64,000 bases of DNA from Isurus oxyrinchus (lineage: Eukaryota): assembly GCA_026770705.1 (NCBI GenBank), contig JANJGN010000026.1, positions 28,210,001 to 28,274,000 of the forward strand, written 5' to 3'. Both the position numbers and the translations under genes were made by a program. A model generated the notes under the pieces. It did not search any database, was not told where the DNA came from, and saw only the letters and a list, made by a program, of their open reading frames with translations. Of the stretch, positions 50,343-61,949 are shown one piece after another (positions within the stretch are counted from its first letter, which is position 1; every line of letters starts with the position of its first letter).

Positions 50343-51429
50343 CGGTCTGGATTGAGGGTCAGAAACATCTTTCCCGGAGCTGATCTGGATATTGAGACCT
50401 GAGTTTAAGGGAATTAAAAGCTGTTCAGAAGCAGGAAAGGCGGTCTAACCTGCAGATTCATTTGGTGATGGATCAGTCGGACGGATCGAAATCTGCAGCT
50501 TGTTTTCTTGGCCGCTGTTGGAAACAGTTGGGTGACAGTTTTATCCGAGGTGAATGCGGTTTCCTCTCGGTTTGTGTTTGAGCGGTTGACAGCGCCGATG
50601 AACATTGTGGCTGCACCTGCCCTGGATTCTGTACAAACGCCATCTGGCAGGAGCTGTCAGGCACAGCCCAAAGTACAGGGATGAGACTGCTTTCCATCAT
50701 AAACTCCAGCTGTGAGCCCTGCTTCTAATCAGCTCTTCAGAGTCCACTTTCTCCGCTCAGAGAGAGGTGTGGCTGCCTGAATGGCACTGTTGCTATTTTT
50801 TTGCCTCTCCGATTGCTTTAAAACATGAGTAGGACTGCCCCTGTAAATACAGCCCGATCGGGACCAGTCGTACCAGGATAAAACATAGTTCACCCCATGT
50901 CATATCACAGATGATAATTAAAGCAGCCACTTCTCTTCCGTCTAAAAATTCGAGGAGTGACAAAATCTCTCAGATTTGAAATGCATTCGCAAACAGGATA
51001 ACCTGACTGGAGCTTGATTAAAATTCGGTTTGAAATATTGGTTCGGACATGAGACGAACTGTGTTTGTTCCATAATTACCTGTTCGAAATGCTTCACTTC
51101 TCGCCCGCCCCACAGCCCCATTTGAAACCAGTTGCTGGGTGGCTACATTGTACTCGGGGTTTGTTTTAAAAGGTGAAAACACAACATGGTGAAATGTCTT
51201 CATTTTCTATACACTGTTTCTGAACCAGGAAAATACTCTCATCAAATAGACACGATGTGCCGGCTTTGCCAAAGGGACCTAGGAGGAGAGAGTGGAATGG
51301 GGAAAGGGCTGCTTAAGAGTTCAGAGAGGCTAGGAAAGATAATCGAAAAGCTAAATGTGAGCTAGCGCAATACAAGTTTATTCATGGACTTCATTTTTAG
51401 CATATTTGCAAGTTAAAGTCAACTAATAT

Positions 51430-51565
51430 AATTTCTGATGAAGAGTCATACGGACTCGAAACTTTAAATGTATTCCTTTCCGCAGATGCTGACAGGCTGC
51501 TGAGTTCTTCCAGGTATTTTAGTTTTTGTTTCAGATTTCCAGCATCCGCAGTATTTTGCTTTTAT
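51430..51565 (+). mobile_element. Penelope-type terminal repeat with hammerhead-ribozyme-like core
   Basis: CTGATGA-A-GAGTC-atacg-GACTC-GAAAC, followed by the GATGCTG...CTGCTGAGT...TCCAG motif. Confidence 0.65.
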
Positions 51566-51724
51566 AATATAATTCCTCAGTTGCTGCCCGCCCGCTCTTC
51601 TTCAGCGCTGCCATTGTTTTGATATTTTATTGAAGACCCTGTGACCCTTGCAGGCTGAGCTATTGCTTCCGTTTATCGGTGTGAGAGCGCCCTCTTCTGA
51701 GCACTAACTGGAACTCTCAGTGGG

Positions 51725-52199
51725 GGTTTTTGTACGGGATCAGCTATATCTCTGCAGCAATGTGGGGTCCATGGCACAGAAATATACGGCGCTGTCGGAG
51801 AGAAGAACTCCAGCGATATTTAAAGGAACCGTTTTATTTCCTTTGTGTGAAAGAGCTGAGAATCTGTCTGGGAAATCTAGAGACTTCTTTGCATCCCCCA
51901 AGCTATATATCCTCATTAAATATCTCGGAGCTTCCCCAGGGTACTGGATGTACCAGAACAGAGTTGGAATAGCAGCTGTCGAGTAATTACAGTCCAGTTG
52001 TATGCTCTGTCCTTCCAGAACCGTTAACTCAGGGGGATCCTGGGACACTGAATCTTTACCATTTGTTCCTGCAACAAAGCAAAGAATGTATCAAATATCT
52101 GGGAGTGAAGATAACACAAGTAACGGACACTGACCATTTAAACATTGACTCACCGGGCAGCAAGGCCATTATTAGCAGTAAGGAACATGGCGACCACAT
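51725..52199 (-). CDS. Intact TRAV/TRDV segment (leader 52199-52154, V exon 52068-51765, RSS 51764-51725)
   Basis: MWSPCSLLLIMALLP | GTNGKDSVSQDPPELTVLEGQSIQLDCNYS...LFWYIQYPGEAPRYL...SDSAVYFCAMDP. RSS CACATTG-24-ACAAAAACC. Confidence 0.9.
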
Positions 52200-53229
52200 A
52201 GTGACACGATTAGAGTTTGGAAGAAGTAAGATAAAATTGGAAATATGTTGACACTTCTGTTCTGATTGTAAAGAGGAAATTCGGATCAGGGGCAGGCTTC
52301 ACTTATTGAGAAACTTAAGGGTGTGTCCCAGCGACAGGATTGGCTGGTCTCTCAGAACTGATGATAGTTGAGCACCAATCAATGTTCGCTGTGGACCAAT
52401 TATTTCTTCTGACTTTCTCTTTCTCCCTGTCTTTCTTGGTTTTCTGGATCTCTCTTGGTCTTGGGGTCTCTCTGTCTCGTTTTGCCTTTCGGTCTCTGTG
52501 GCTCTATCTCCCCTGTCTCTGTTTCTGACCATCTCTCACAAACACTTTTTCTGCCTCTTTCTCTTTTTCCCGTTTTCCCTGAAATTCAGAGTGCAAAAAA
52601 TCCAATTTATCCCAGTCTCCTATTTCAATGAGTTCAGAAAAGTGCTCACTTCATAGGAGCAGCTACAGTAGATAAATTATTTAACCGTAGCTCAGAGGCA
52701 GTATTAAAATGAAAACTGTTATATTTAAATCCCAAATATGGCAGACATCCTATTTGCATCTTTTTTCTGTGTTGATATTTGACACTTGGCGCCCCATTGG
52801 AATCTCGGTTGTTTCATATTGTTTAAAACAGGCTTATTTTAACCAGTAATGGCTGAGATATTGAAATAAACAAGGGAATCGCCAGGATTTAAAATAAAGC
52901 TTGAATTAGCCCGTGTGCATAATGTCACCTGCACTAAAATACATTATAAGAAGAAGAAGAAGGAGAAATGTGATATAATCATGTAACAGTAACATGTTCC
53001 TGTAATTGGAGCTCCCGGATCGTCTCTGTGCATCTATTACAGCGGGTATGGGCACGATAACATGGTGCTTATGAGACTGGTCACATAATCCAGGAGGTCA
53101 AGTGGCTCTCGGAAATCATCCTTTCCCTATCACATGCAACGTTATGTTATTTTTCTTTCCCTTCCTGGAATTCCTGCTTCCATTTAGAATATTGTTCATG
53201 TTGCTGTATATGTTCCCTTTACTGTACCT

Positions 53230-53600
53230 TCATCTTTTTATTTATTCATTAATGAGATGTGGGCGCTAGCTGGGCCAGCATTTATTGCTCATCCCTAATT
53301 GCCCTTGTTCAGAGGGCATTTAAGAGTCAACCACACTGCTGCTGGTCTGGAGTCACATATCGGCCAGACCAGGTAAGGAGAGCAGATTTCCTTCCCGAAA
53401 GGACATAATGAACCAGAGAGGTTTTTATGACAATTGGCAATGGTTTCATGGTCGCCATTAGACGTTTGATTCAAGATTTTTTAAACTGAATTCAAATTCC
53501 ACCATCTGCCATGGCGGGATTCAAACCCGGATCCTGGGAGCATTACAGGGCGAAAACCCTGGGCCTCTCCATTACTCATCCAGCGACTATGCCAACTCTG
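53230..53600 (-). mobile_element. tRNA-derived SINE with CR1-like tail
   Basis: Reverse complement of the 12340-12570 / 32945-33320 family. Confidence 0.75.
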
Positions 53601-54428
53601 TCTCACTCTCTTTCCTGGTTATCTCTCTCTGCTTATCCCCATGTCTCTCCATTTGTATCTTTGTCTTTCCTCCCTCATTTTCCTTCTCTGTCTCTCAATC
53701 TGCTCCTCCCTCTGTCTGTCACATACAAGCACGTTTGAAGAACAAGCATTTCACCGTCCAGCCGGCTCTCTAGCCCATCGTAATTATTTGATTCATTGAA
53801 AATATCCAAGCATTCCTATTACATTCCATTCCCTGTACAAGCCATATACATTCCTGGCCACAACAACAGGCCTCAAAAACTCTCCATTTTATATGAAGAC
53901 ATTCGTTTCCAAAACAAAATGCGGTCCTCACTCATTTTCTCGGCTCTAATGAAAACCAGCAGAAATTGCAGCATCAAACTAGTTGATGTGCTCAGTCCCC
54001 ATCAGACACATTAGATGCCCATCCTTGTACAAAAGTAAAATACCGTGGATGCTCTAAAATAAAAGAAACAGAAAGCGCTGGAAAGACATGGCAAGTCTGG
54101 CAGCATCTGTGGAAAGTGAAACAGGTTTAAAGCTTTGATTCGAATATAACTCTTCTATGGAACTCCGAGTTAGCCCATCAGCCCTTCCTGAGCTATAGGA
54201 GACAGTTGTGTCTTTTATTGAAAAGGAAAAATGAGATACTTGGCTCCAGAGGGCATGTCAGTGGGAAAAATATATCAGCATTCGATTACTCCCTTTCTCT
54301 CGTTAATGATATGAAATATATTTATCATAAAAATATATTTGATTGTATATCTCAATGACCCCAAATTAAATCAATTCTCCAGCAATATTCCTGATCCAGC
54401 AAGTGCAGAAACGAGGAAAACTCAATGA

Positions 54429-54819
54429 ATGGAATTACAGATTCTGGTTTTGATTTTAGGTGAGGACTTTGTGGAGAATCGTGTTCACCATTAGAACATG
54501 TTTCTTTTCTTTTATATCAGAAGTTATCTGTGGAGAGACTGTGATCCACCAGTCACAGCGGATCTTTATACAAAATGGGCAATCGATTGAAATGCAGTAA
54601 AATGTAATCACCAGGGCCCCTGAGATTATTCACTGGTACAGAATATGACAGAATTGTAGCCCAAAATTTATCATATCAGCTGTTAGCAGAAGCACCACAG
54701 ACAGATTCTTCAACATATTCATTTACCCAACAAGAAGTTATAACATTCCCGGCAGGGACAGCACCGTGGGATCAAAAACTAGTGTGTATTAGTCTGGGCT
54801 GCATTATTGTGCCGTGAGG
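54429..54819 (+). pseudogene. TRAV/TRDV pseudogene (leader 54429-54459, V exon 54521-54819)
   Basis: MELQILVLIL with GTGAGG donor. CGETVIHQS...NGQSIEMQ*...IIHWYRI*...HYCAVR. No intact RSS. Confidence 0.75.
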
Positions 54820-55156
54820 TACTGAAAGATAAAACAACCATTCCGAGCTGACAATCTCCACAGCGGCCTCTGTTTCACTCAATGTGCTGACTCCTTTGTG
54901 AACTGCAGGCCCACAGACACCATCCATTCTGCAGGGACAGGGTTAATAGGGGCGGCTGAAGCCTGTTACTGTTTCACTGCTATCGTTTTATCTTCATGTT
55001 GGTAATTATCAGCTCTTGATGGTTGGGTTGGAAATGTTAAACCAAATAAAACTTATCTTCGCGATGTTGAGGCAGGTCTGAGTTGGCAACAGTGTTTGGT
55101 TCAATCATTTCAGTTGCAGGCGGAGATCAATAACCAAGCACATCAGGGGCACAGTG

Positions 55157-55870
55157 CATCAACACACCATACAGCATAGGAAGAGTTAATCAATACACCA
55201 CGCAGCAGAGCAGGAGCCCATCAATACACCATACTGCAGAAGAGGAGTCTATCAATACACCATACAGCAGAGCAAGAGCCCATCAACACACCATACAGCA
55301 GAGGAAGAGTCCATCAATACACCATACAGCAGAGCAAGAGTCCATCAACACACCATACAGAAGAACAAGAGCCCATCAACACACCATACTGAGAGGAGAA
55401 GTCTATCAACACACCATACAGCAGAGGAGGAGTCCATCAACACACCATACAGCAGAGAAGGAGTCCATCAGTACACCATACAGCAGAGAAGGAGTCCATC
55501 AATACACCATACAGCAGAGGAGGAGTCTATCAATAAACAATACAGCAGAGGAGGAGTCCATCAATATATCATGGAGCAGAGGAGGAATCCATCAGTGCAC
55601 CATACAGCAGAGGTGGAGTCCATTAATGCACCATACAGTAGAAGAGGAGTCCATTAATACTCCGTACAGCAGAGGAGGAGTACATCAATAAACCATACAG
55701 CAGAGGAGGAGTCCATCAATACAACATAGAGCAGAGGAGGAGTCCATCAATGCACCATACAGCGGAGGTGGAGTCCATTAATGCACCATACAGCAGAGGT
55801 GGAGTCCATTAATGCACCATACAGCAGAAGAGGAGTCCATTAATACTCTGTACAGCAGAGGGGGAGTCCT
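55157..55870. repeat. 31-bp minisatellite, ~23 copies (AGCAGAGGAGGAGTCCATCAATACACCATAC)
   Basis: Direct tandem periodicity. The last unit runs into a reverse CR1 3'-end fragment (to ~55960). Confidence 0.92.
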
Positions 55871-56539
55871 ATCGCCCCATTGTGCTTGTGTTGGCTCTTC
55901 GCATGGGCTATCCAATTAATCCCACCTCTCCACTCTTTCTCCAAGAAAAATTGCTGCTTCACATGTTTGAAACATTATTAAGTACTTCATTTAGAAAAAG
56001 AATTAAAGAAACATATTCTGAAATAGAGGCATTAATTTCAAATACACATTGTTTTATCTAATTATTATGATGAACGACCGAGATATTAAGAATGTAAAGA
56101 TATTGCAAAAATATTTCACTGAGCAGATCCCCACAGTTTGTCTGATCTCATCTACTGCTTGTACTTTCACATTCTGCTCAAGCCTGTCAGTCTGCCTTCA
56201 TTTCATCTATACAATACGTGGTCTAATTGACCGTGTCGCTTTATTCAAAGCCTTCAGAGCGCCCTGGCCCTCTATACCCACTTTTATTTTAGGTGGTGTT
56301 TGTCTAATGGAACACGTTGTTTTATTCAAAGTCTTTTGGGCACTCTGGCCCTCTATACCAACCTTTCTATTAGTTGTGGGTAGCTGTACCGATCAGTGAG
56401 CAGCTCTTTTAATGGGAGGCTCCGGCATTGCTACCAGCACAATATGAACTCTTTCCCTTCACTCCACCCACCTCAGAGACTGAAACAGTTGGAGGGAGAA
56501 CATAATGTTGAACTCCTGTCCTGTTCCCTGTTCCATTCA

Positions 56540-56700
56540 CTGCTGCCCGCTCTGATGTCATTAATTGGATGGTAAATGAGCTTTCAGCTGATTGGACGGG
56601 TAACAGAATAAAGGATCTGATTGGTCCACCTGTTGACTCTGTCAGGAATGAACCAATCAGCAGAGACACCGAGTGTTGCTTAATATTAACCCAACTCTTC
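56540..56700 (+). promoter_or_regulatory. V promoter with multiple CCAAT boxes and CRE-like TGATGTCA
   Basis: ATTGG x3 and CCAATCAG. The same architecture occurs at 63745-63860 before the paralogous leader. Confidence 0.6.
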
Positions 56701-56760
56701 ACGAAAACAATTTCAGGATCCGCACGTTCGATTCAAATCTGGCGTCAACTGTCTGCAAAC

Positions 56761-57312
56761 ATGTCGGTTATTACGTTTTACTCGTTCCTCACAGCTGCAG
56801 CTCTCGTAACTGGTAAATTCACAGCTACAAAATCTCCTTGCAGGCAATGTGTTCTGTGTTCACTATATTTTGTCTCTATTTCCAATATGCTCCGTCATCT
56901 GATGATATTAAGTATATTAAAATGTTGATAAAAGCTTAAAGTTTCTGTATTTCTAAATGTCGACAGGTGTTAGTGGTGCAGAGTCGGTATCACAGGAGCC
57001 GCTTATAGCGACACATTTCGAGGGACATTCGATGACCATTAAATACAGCTACTCGAGCACGGATAGCTCATATTCCTTACAACTGTACCGTCAGGACCAG
57101 GATAAAGCCCCCAAATTATTAATCTACATCCCTAACTACGGGGATGTTGTCAGAGCAGAGGGCGTAGGGACTCGATTTTCTGCTTCGATCGACACTTCGA
57201 AAAGTGAGGGGAATTTCACCATCCGTGACTTGCTGCTGTCTGACAGCGCGGTGTATTACTGCGGGCTGAGAGACACAGTGACAGGAACCAGAGGGAGCCC
57301 TGTACAAAAACA
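56761..57312 (+). CDS. TRAV/TRDV open-frame segment lacking first Cys and conserved Trp (leader 56761-56812, V exon 56967-57273, 23-RSS 57274-57312)
   Basis: MSVITFYSFLTAAALVT | GVSGAESVSQEP...MTIKYSY (C to Y)...LQLYRQ (W to L)...SDSAVYYCGLR. RSS CACAGTG-23-ACAAAAACA. Confidence 0.88.
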
Positions 57313-57581
57313 CTGCCGCAATGAAATAAGGTGAATAGAATAGGGGGCAGATTGGGGGGAAACCAGAAGGTTTTTAACTGATCCGCAACTCGAGCTGATT
57401 TCAAATAAATCCGAATAACTAACAAGCCGAGAGCAGCACATGCAGCATTGGAGAAGGCCTGCTCTGTTCCATTTACATCGATTATGTTCTGAACATAACG
57501 CAAAAATTCGTTCAGAGAATTCGCATCATTTTGAAAATTAAAGGTCTTGAGACAGAAATGCTCAGCAAAGTATTTTACATT

Positions 57582-58035
57582 CTAGAGCTGTACCTTGAGT
57601 GCCCTACCATCCATTCTTAATTAGCACATTCGTTTAGATAATATCACCAACTTTAACACCTATGTGTTCTTTTGTTCTGTTGTTTGTGACATCTTCTGAT
57701 GATCTGCTTCTATCACTGCTTGTTTGTCCCTACAACCACACCACCCCCCTCCACTTCTCTCTCCCGCCACCCAAACCCCCCCCCCTCCACCACCCCCCCC
57801 CCCACCCCCCTCTCTCCACCCCCCTCCCCACACACACACACACCTTAAACCAACTTATATTTCACCCCTTCCTTGGATTCACCTAGTTCTGTTGAAGGGT
57901 CATGAGGACTCGAAACGTCAACTCTTCTCTTCTCCGCTGATGCTGCCAGACCTGCTGAGTTTTTCCAGGCAATTCTGTTTTTGTTTTTGTTTTTGTTTTT
58001 GATTTCCAGCATCTGCAATTGTTTTGTTTTTATCT
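57582..58035 (+). mobile_element. Penelope 3' terminal fragment, same family as 18318-18670
   Basis: Long near-exact reverse-complement matches (TCTAGAGCTGTACCTTGAGTGCCCTACC...; GAAGGGTCATGAGGACTCGAAACGTC...). Confidence 0.9.
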
Positions 58036-58161
58036 CTATGTAACAGTGTGGGGCCTCAGGAAAAGAAGAACAGGCTTTGCCTTTACATAAAGCTTTGTGC
58101 CGTGAGTTCAGATTTGCCAAAGTGCTTCCAGCAAATTTTCTGATGCTTTCTTTTTCAATTT

Positions 58162-58432
58162 GGCTTTTGCGTTCAGTCCTTTTACAGACCAACCGGTGTT
58201 AATTCCAGTCCACAGTGATACACAGCAGATATTTAAAGGACTTGTTTCCTTGTCTTGATTCAAATCAGCAGAAAACCGATCAGGGAAATCTGGAGAAACA
58301 TCCCACCTTTCCCTGGCTATAACTCTTCAGCAAATATCTGGGAACTTAGCCGGGATACTGGATGCACCAGAAGAGCGTTGGTTTTGTGTATTTTGTTGCA
58401 TAACTGCAGTTCAGTATTGCTGTCTGCCCTAC
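58162..58432 (-). pseudogene. TRAV/TRDV pseudogene fragment (related to the 51765 family)
   Basis: GQTAILNCSYATKYTKPTLFWCIQYPG*VPRYLLK...PDFPDRFSA...AVYHC. Decayed RSS AACACCG-23-GCAAAAGCC. Confidence 0.8.
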
Positions 58433-58576
58433 CTGAGGCTTGAATATATACCCAGCACTTCAAAGATATCGCTGTTGACTTGTTCCTCATGCCCTTTTTA
58501 ATAGTTATATTGGGGCATATGAACCCTTTGTTGATATGAATATTCATTCTGCCCCCTGCAATATGTAAATACTGAG

Positions 58577-59049
58577 ATGCTTTCATTTCTTTGGTCTGAA
58601 TGCTCCAGCACCCCTTGTAATAGGTAGATTGTGATTGATGTTCCCCAAGTGGGGTGGAATGCTCACAATCAGAAAACATTAATGAATGTTTTGTACACTG
58701 TTTTCCAGGTAAAATCCGAGCGAGTTCAGTTTCACAGCATCAATATGTGTTGAAGGTACCCGAGGGAGATAATCCGCAATTGAAGTGTAATTGCAGCTCC
58801 AGCTCTGTTGATCCAGATCGCTCTGGTAACGGCTGTACCCGAACCAGGCACCCCAGTTTATATTGTACTGTGAGAACACCAGGCACAGGGATTGCGAGTT
58901 TGCAAAAGGAAAATTCAATGCTCGTCATTACACTCAATAACATTTTATCCATTTGTCAATCTCTTTGGCGGAGAGTAAAGACAGAACCTTCTATTTCTGC
59001 AGATTGAGGATCTGGGAGCTTCAACGCCGCTCCAGTCCGTGCAAAAACA
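58577..59049 (+). pseudogene. TRAV/TRDV pseudogene (V exon 58709-~59009)
   Basis: SVSQHQYVLKVPEGDNPQLKCNCS, frameshift, W*RLYPNQAPQFIL...FAKGKF...FYFCRLR. Only the nonamer GCAAAAACA remains. Confidence 0.78.
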
Positions 59050-59169
59050 TCATCAAACTGCAGGCAAGCAGTTAAGAAAAGGCATTTGCCACTGTGAAAA
59101 ATAAAATCTCTCACTGGGAAAATTATGAAAAACCATATTTTTCCATTTTCTGCCACAATGGCGTCAAGG

Positions 59170-59810
59170 ATCATGGACATCAGTTACGTGGAATGAGTAG
59201 AGAAACTGAACTGTTTTCCTCGGAACAGAGGGGATTAAGGAGAATTTTAATTGGGGTGACCAAATTTATGAAAGAATTTGATAAAGTGGATGAGGAAAAA
59301 TTATTTCTACACGCAGCAGGAACGACGATGAAGGACACTGATTCAAGATAATTGACAGAAAAATCCAAGGGTAATTTATGATTATTTTCAAAGCGAGTTG
59401 CCATGACCTTGAAAGAACTACCTGAAAGGGGGTGGGAGACAGACACAATAATAAGTAATTGGATGTATATTTGAAAAATAAAACTGCAGACCAAGGGAAA
59501 AGACTATGTAGTTGGTCTTATTGGATAGCTCTTGCAGACTGGAAAGCACAGTAACACTTGGCTGAATGACCTCCTCCTGTGCTGAATTATCCAGCAATTC
59601 TATGGATCACACGCAATGCTAATCCCAGCATAAGGTGCAGTTCCTTGTGTTGGCTCTAGGCTAAAATCCTGAAACCATCACCAGAAAGCACTGGAGGAAC
59701 ACCTTCACCGTGCACACTCTGGCAGTTCAAGAAAAAGCTTCACCACAATATTCTTACGTGAAGTTAGGGATGGACAATAAATGCTGGCCTTGCCATAATT
59801 GCCCATAACA
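59170..59810 (+). mobile_element. CR1 3' fragments of two subfamilies
   Basis: ELFSSEQRGLR...FDKVDEEKLF remnants and tail motifs. Confidence 0.7.
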
Positions 59811-60815
59811 AGAGAATAGATACAAGAAAACTAAGAACATAGGGCTAGAATGAAAGCAGCTCGCCTTCGCCTTTAAGATCATTTGTCATATTAACTTGTT
59901 CTGCCTTTCTCCTCCCATCATCTCTTTGCCCACATCCGGCACAGCTGGGCTTTTGACGGTCTAGCTTTTTTGAGAGAAAGAAAACAGAAGCTACACTATG
60001 GCAATTATACTGATTGAGGAGATAAAACATGATGAAATATATGAGTTCAACCGAGTTCCTCTTGCTGTTTGTAACATGAGCATCGGTTTCTAACAATAGA
60101 TTTTGAAGGAAAGGGTAATATGGCAGCATTAACATAGATATTTACAGTTATTACTATTTTTCTTAATAATTTCTTGCTATTTGTGTGTGAGCAAAGGAGA
60201 AGAGATGTTGTAAGGCAGTCATAACACAAAAAAGTTACAGAGGATAAAAATCCTGATACATTTGAAAATGTAACGAAATACAATGAACATCTGAAAGTGA
60301 CCGACACGTCAACGCGTTCCTGAGTGATCTGAACGGTCAAGAGTTTTTAGTATTCTACAATTGATGTGCTGTTTTATTCAATACTTTTCAGTTCTCTTGT
60401 TACCATTGATGGCCCCTGAACACTGTAGTCAGGTTCACAGTGATATAAATAAATAATTGACATTTTAGATTTTCAGCTGCTCTCTTCGTAGCGTTATCAG
60501 GGGTGTTAAAGGAAAGGGCTTTTTACTTTATTTATGATTCATTTTATTTATGATTTTACCAGACCTAAAATCTCTGTACATCACACTCGTTATTTTGCAT
60601 TTTCTATAGTTTCCTAATTTTCTGTTCTCGTCACGTATTATTACTGCACTTTTTAGCTTTCTGTTTTCCTCTCACTCATTGTGGCTTGTGCGCTGACACC
60701 TGCTTTTTTTCCGTTTGTGTTTCAACTCCCTTCATTTCTCACCCCCTTTTAAGTCTTGAGATTCTGGAAACTCCGATCCTCCAATGAAAGCGGAGCCGCT
60801 ATTCCACACGGCGCA

Positions 60816-61172
60816 GGTTTCCGTACGAGCTCTCCATATGTATGTTGCACAGTTGTTCGCGGCGCACGGCCGTGTCTGTAACCCGGACGCCCTTCACAGT
60901 CAGGACACTGAGCTTGTTGTCTACAACGATTGAAGCAGCGATCCGCCCGTGTTGATCGGCTCCTCTTGTTGCCATCACCAGAAGCTGGGTCGGCTGATTC
61001 GGGAGTTGCCTGTATCAACGCACGATGTCAAATGCAATGGTGATGGTGCAGTTCATAAACACGATTCCCGTTTCACTAACAACCACCCGCCGAGGGAGCT
61101 GCATCACCTCATCTTCACCTGTCACATCTGTGCAGATCAGAATGGCAAACAGGCTCTGTAAATCCGGAGCAT
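60816..61172 (-). pseudogene. Pseudogene of the intronless-leader V family (inverted paralog of 31846)
   Basis: ATG CTC CGG ATT TAC AGA..., then EDEVMQLPRRVVVSETGIVFMNCTI, with a stop at the Trp-Tyr region, deletions and a decayed heptamer. Nonamer ACGGAAACC. Confidence 0.85.
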
Positions 61173-61949
61173 TATCAGAGCACATGAAACACCAGTTGGA
61201 GAAATTGTCCATGAAGGTCGTGGTTAGAACCGGGAGATGAATATTATAATCAGAAGAATTAACCAGGAGCAAAACACCAGCTTCGGGTCTAATTCAGAGG
61301 GATCTTCTCTTGAATTAACTAAAGAAGCAGGGTTTTAGGGTCTACCCGCCCATATTCAATATTTCACACTGACCCCGGCTCACGCCTTCTGTGAGCTCAT
61401 ACCGGGCCGTTCATGTTCAATATTTCTCAATGATTCACACTGCTCTCTGATGGCGTGTACTGAGAATTGCATCGTACAATCATTTACGTGAATTCCTGTC
61501 AATCTGCAGTTCACAGGATAGTTACAAATGAACACTGCTATTCCGCCCCTTCCTGGTATAGCTCCCCAAACCGGAGAGGCCCTACATCTCGCTTTCAGTT
61601 GTAGCATTCAATGATCCCAGTGTATTTTCCTTACTCATTCCAGATGACTCTTTATTCCACACTGTGATCACTTTCAATGTGTCAATAGGAATCTCTTGAT
61701 ATTCGTCTCAAAAGCTCATTTTATAGTTTCAACTCGTGGGTGCAGTTCGAAATTTTTCTGTTGGATATTTGCAACGTGCCAACAGTAGTAGCAACATTGG
61801 CAACTCATAATAATATATTTCGTTAAAAATATAAGTTTGCCATCAGTGCAAAGTTAATGCTTCTGTTCCGGCATTTGTTCCTTTAATCACATTTTCTCAA
61901 TGAAGTTACTGGATATCTGGAGATCGCCCCGTCACTGAACCATTATCTC

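Noticed and set aside
55157-55870. CRISPR-like repeat
   Set aside because: Head-to-tail units with no spacers; it is a minisatellite.
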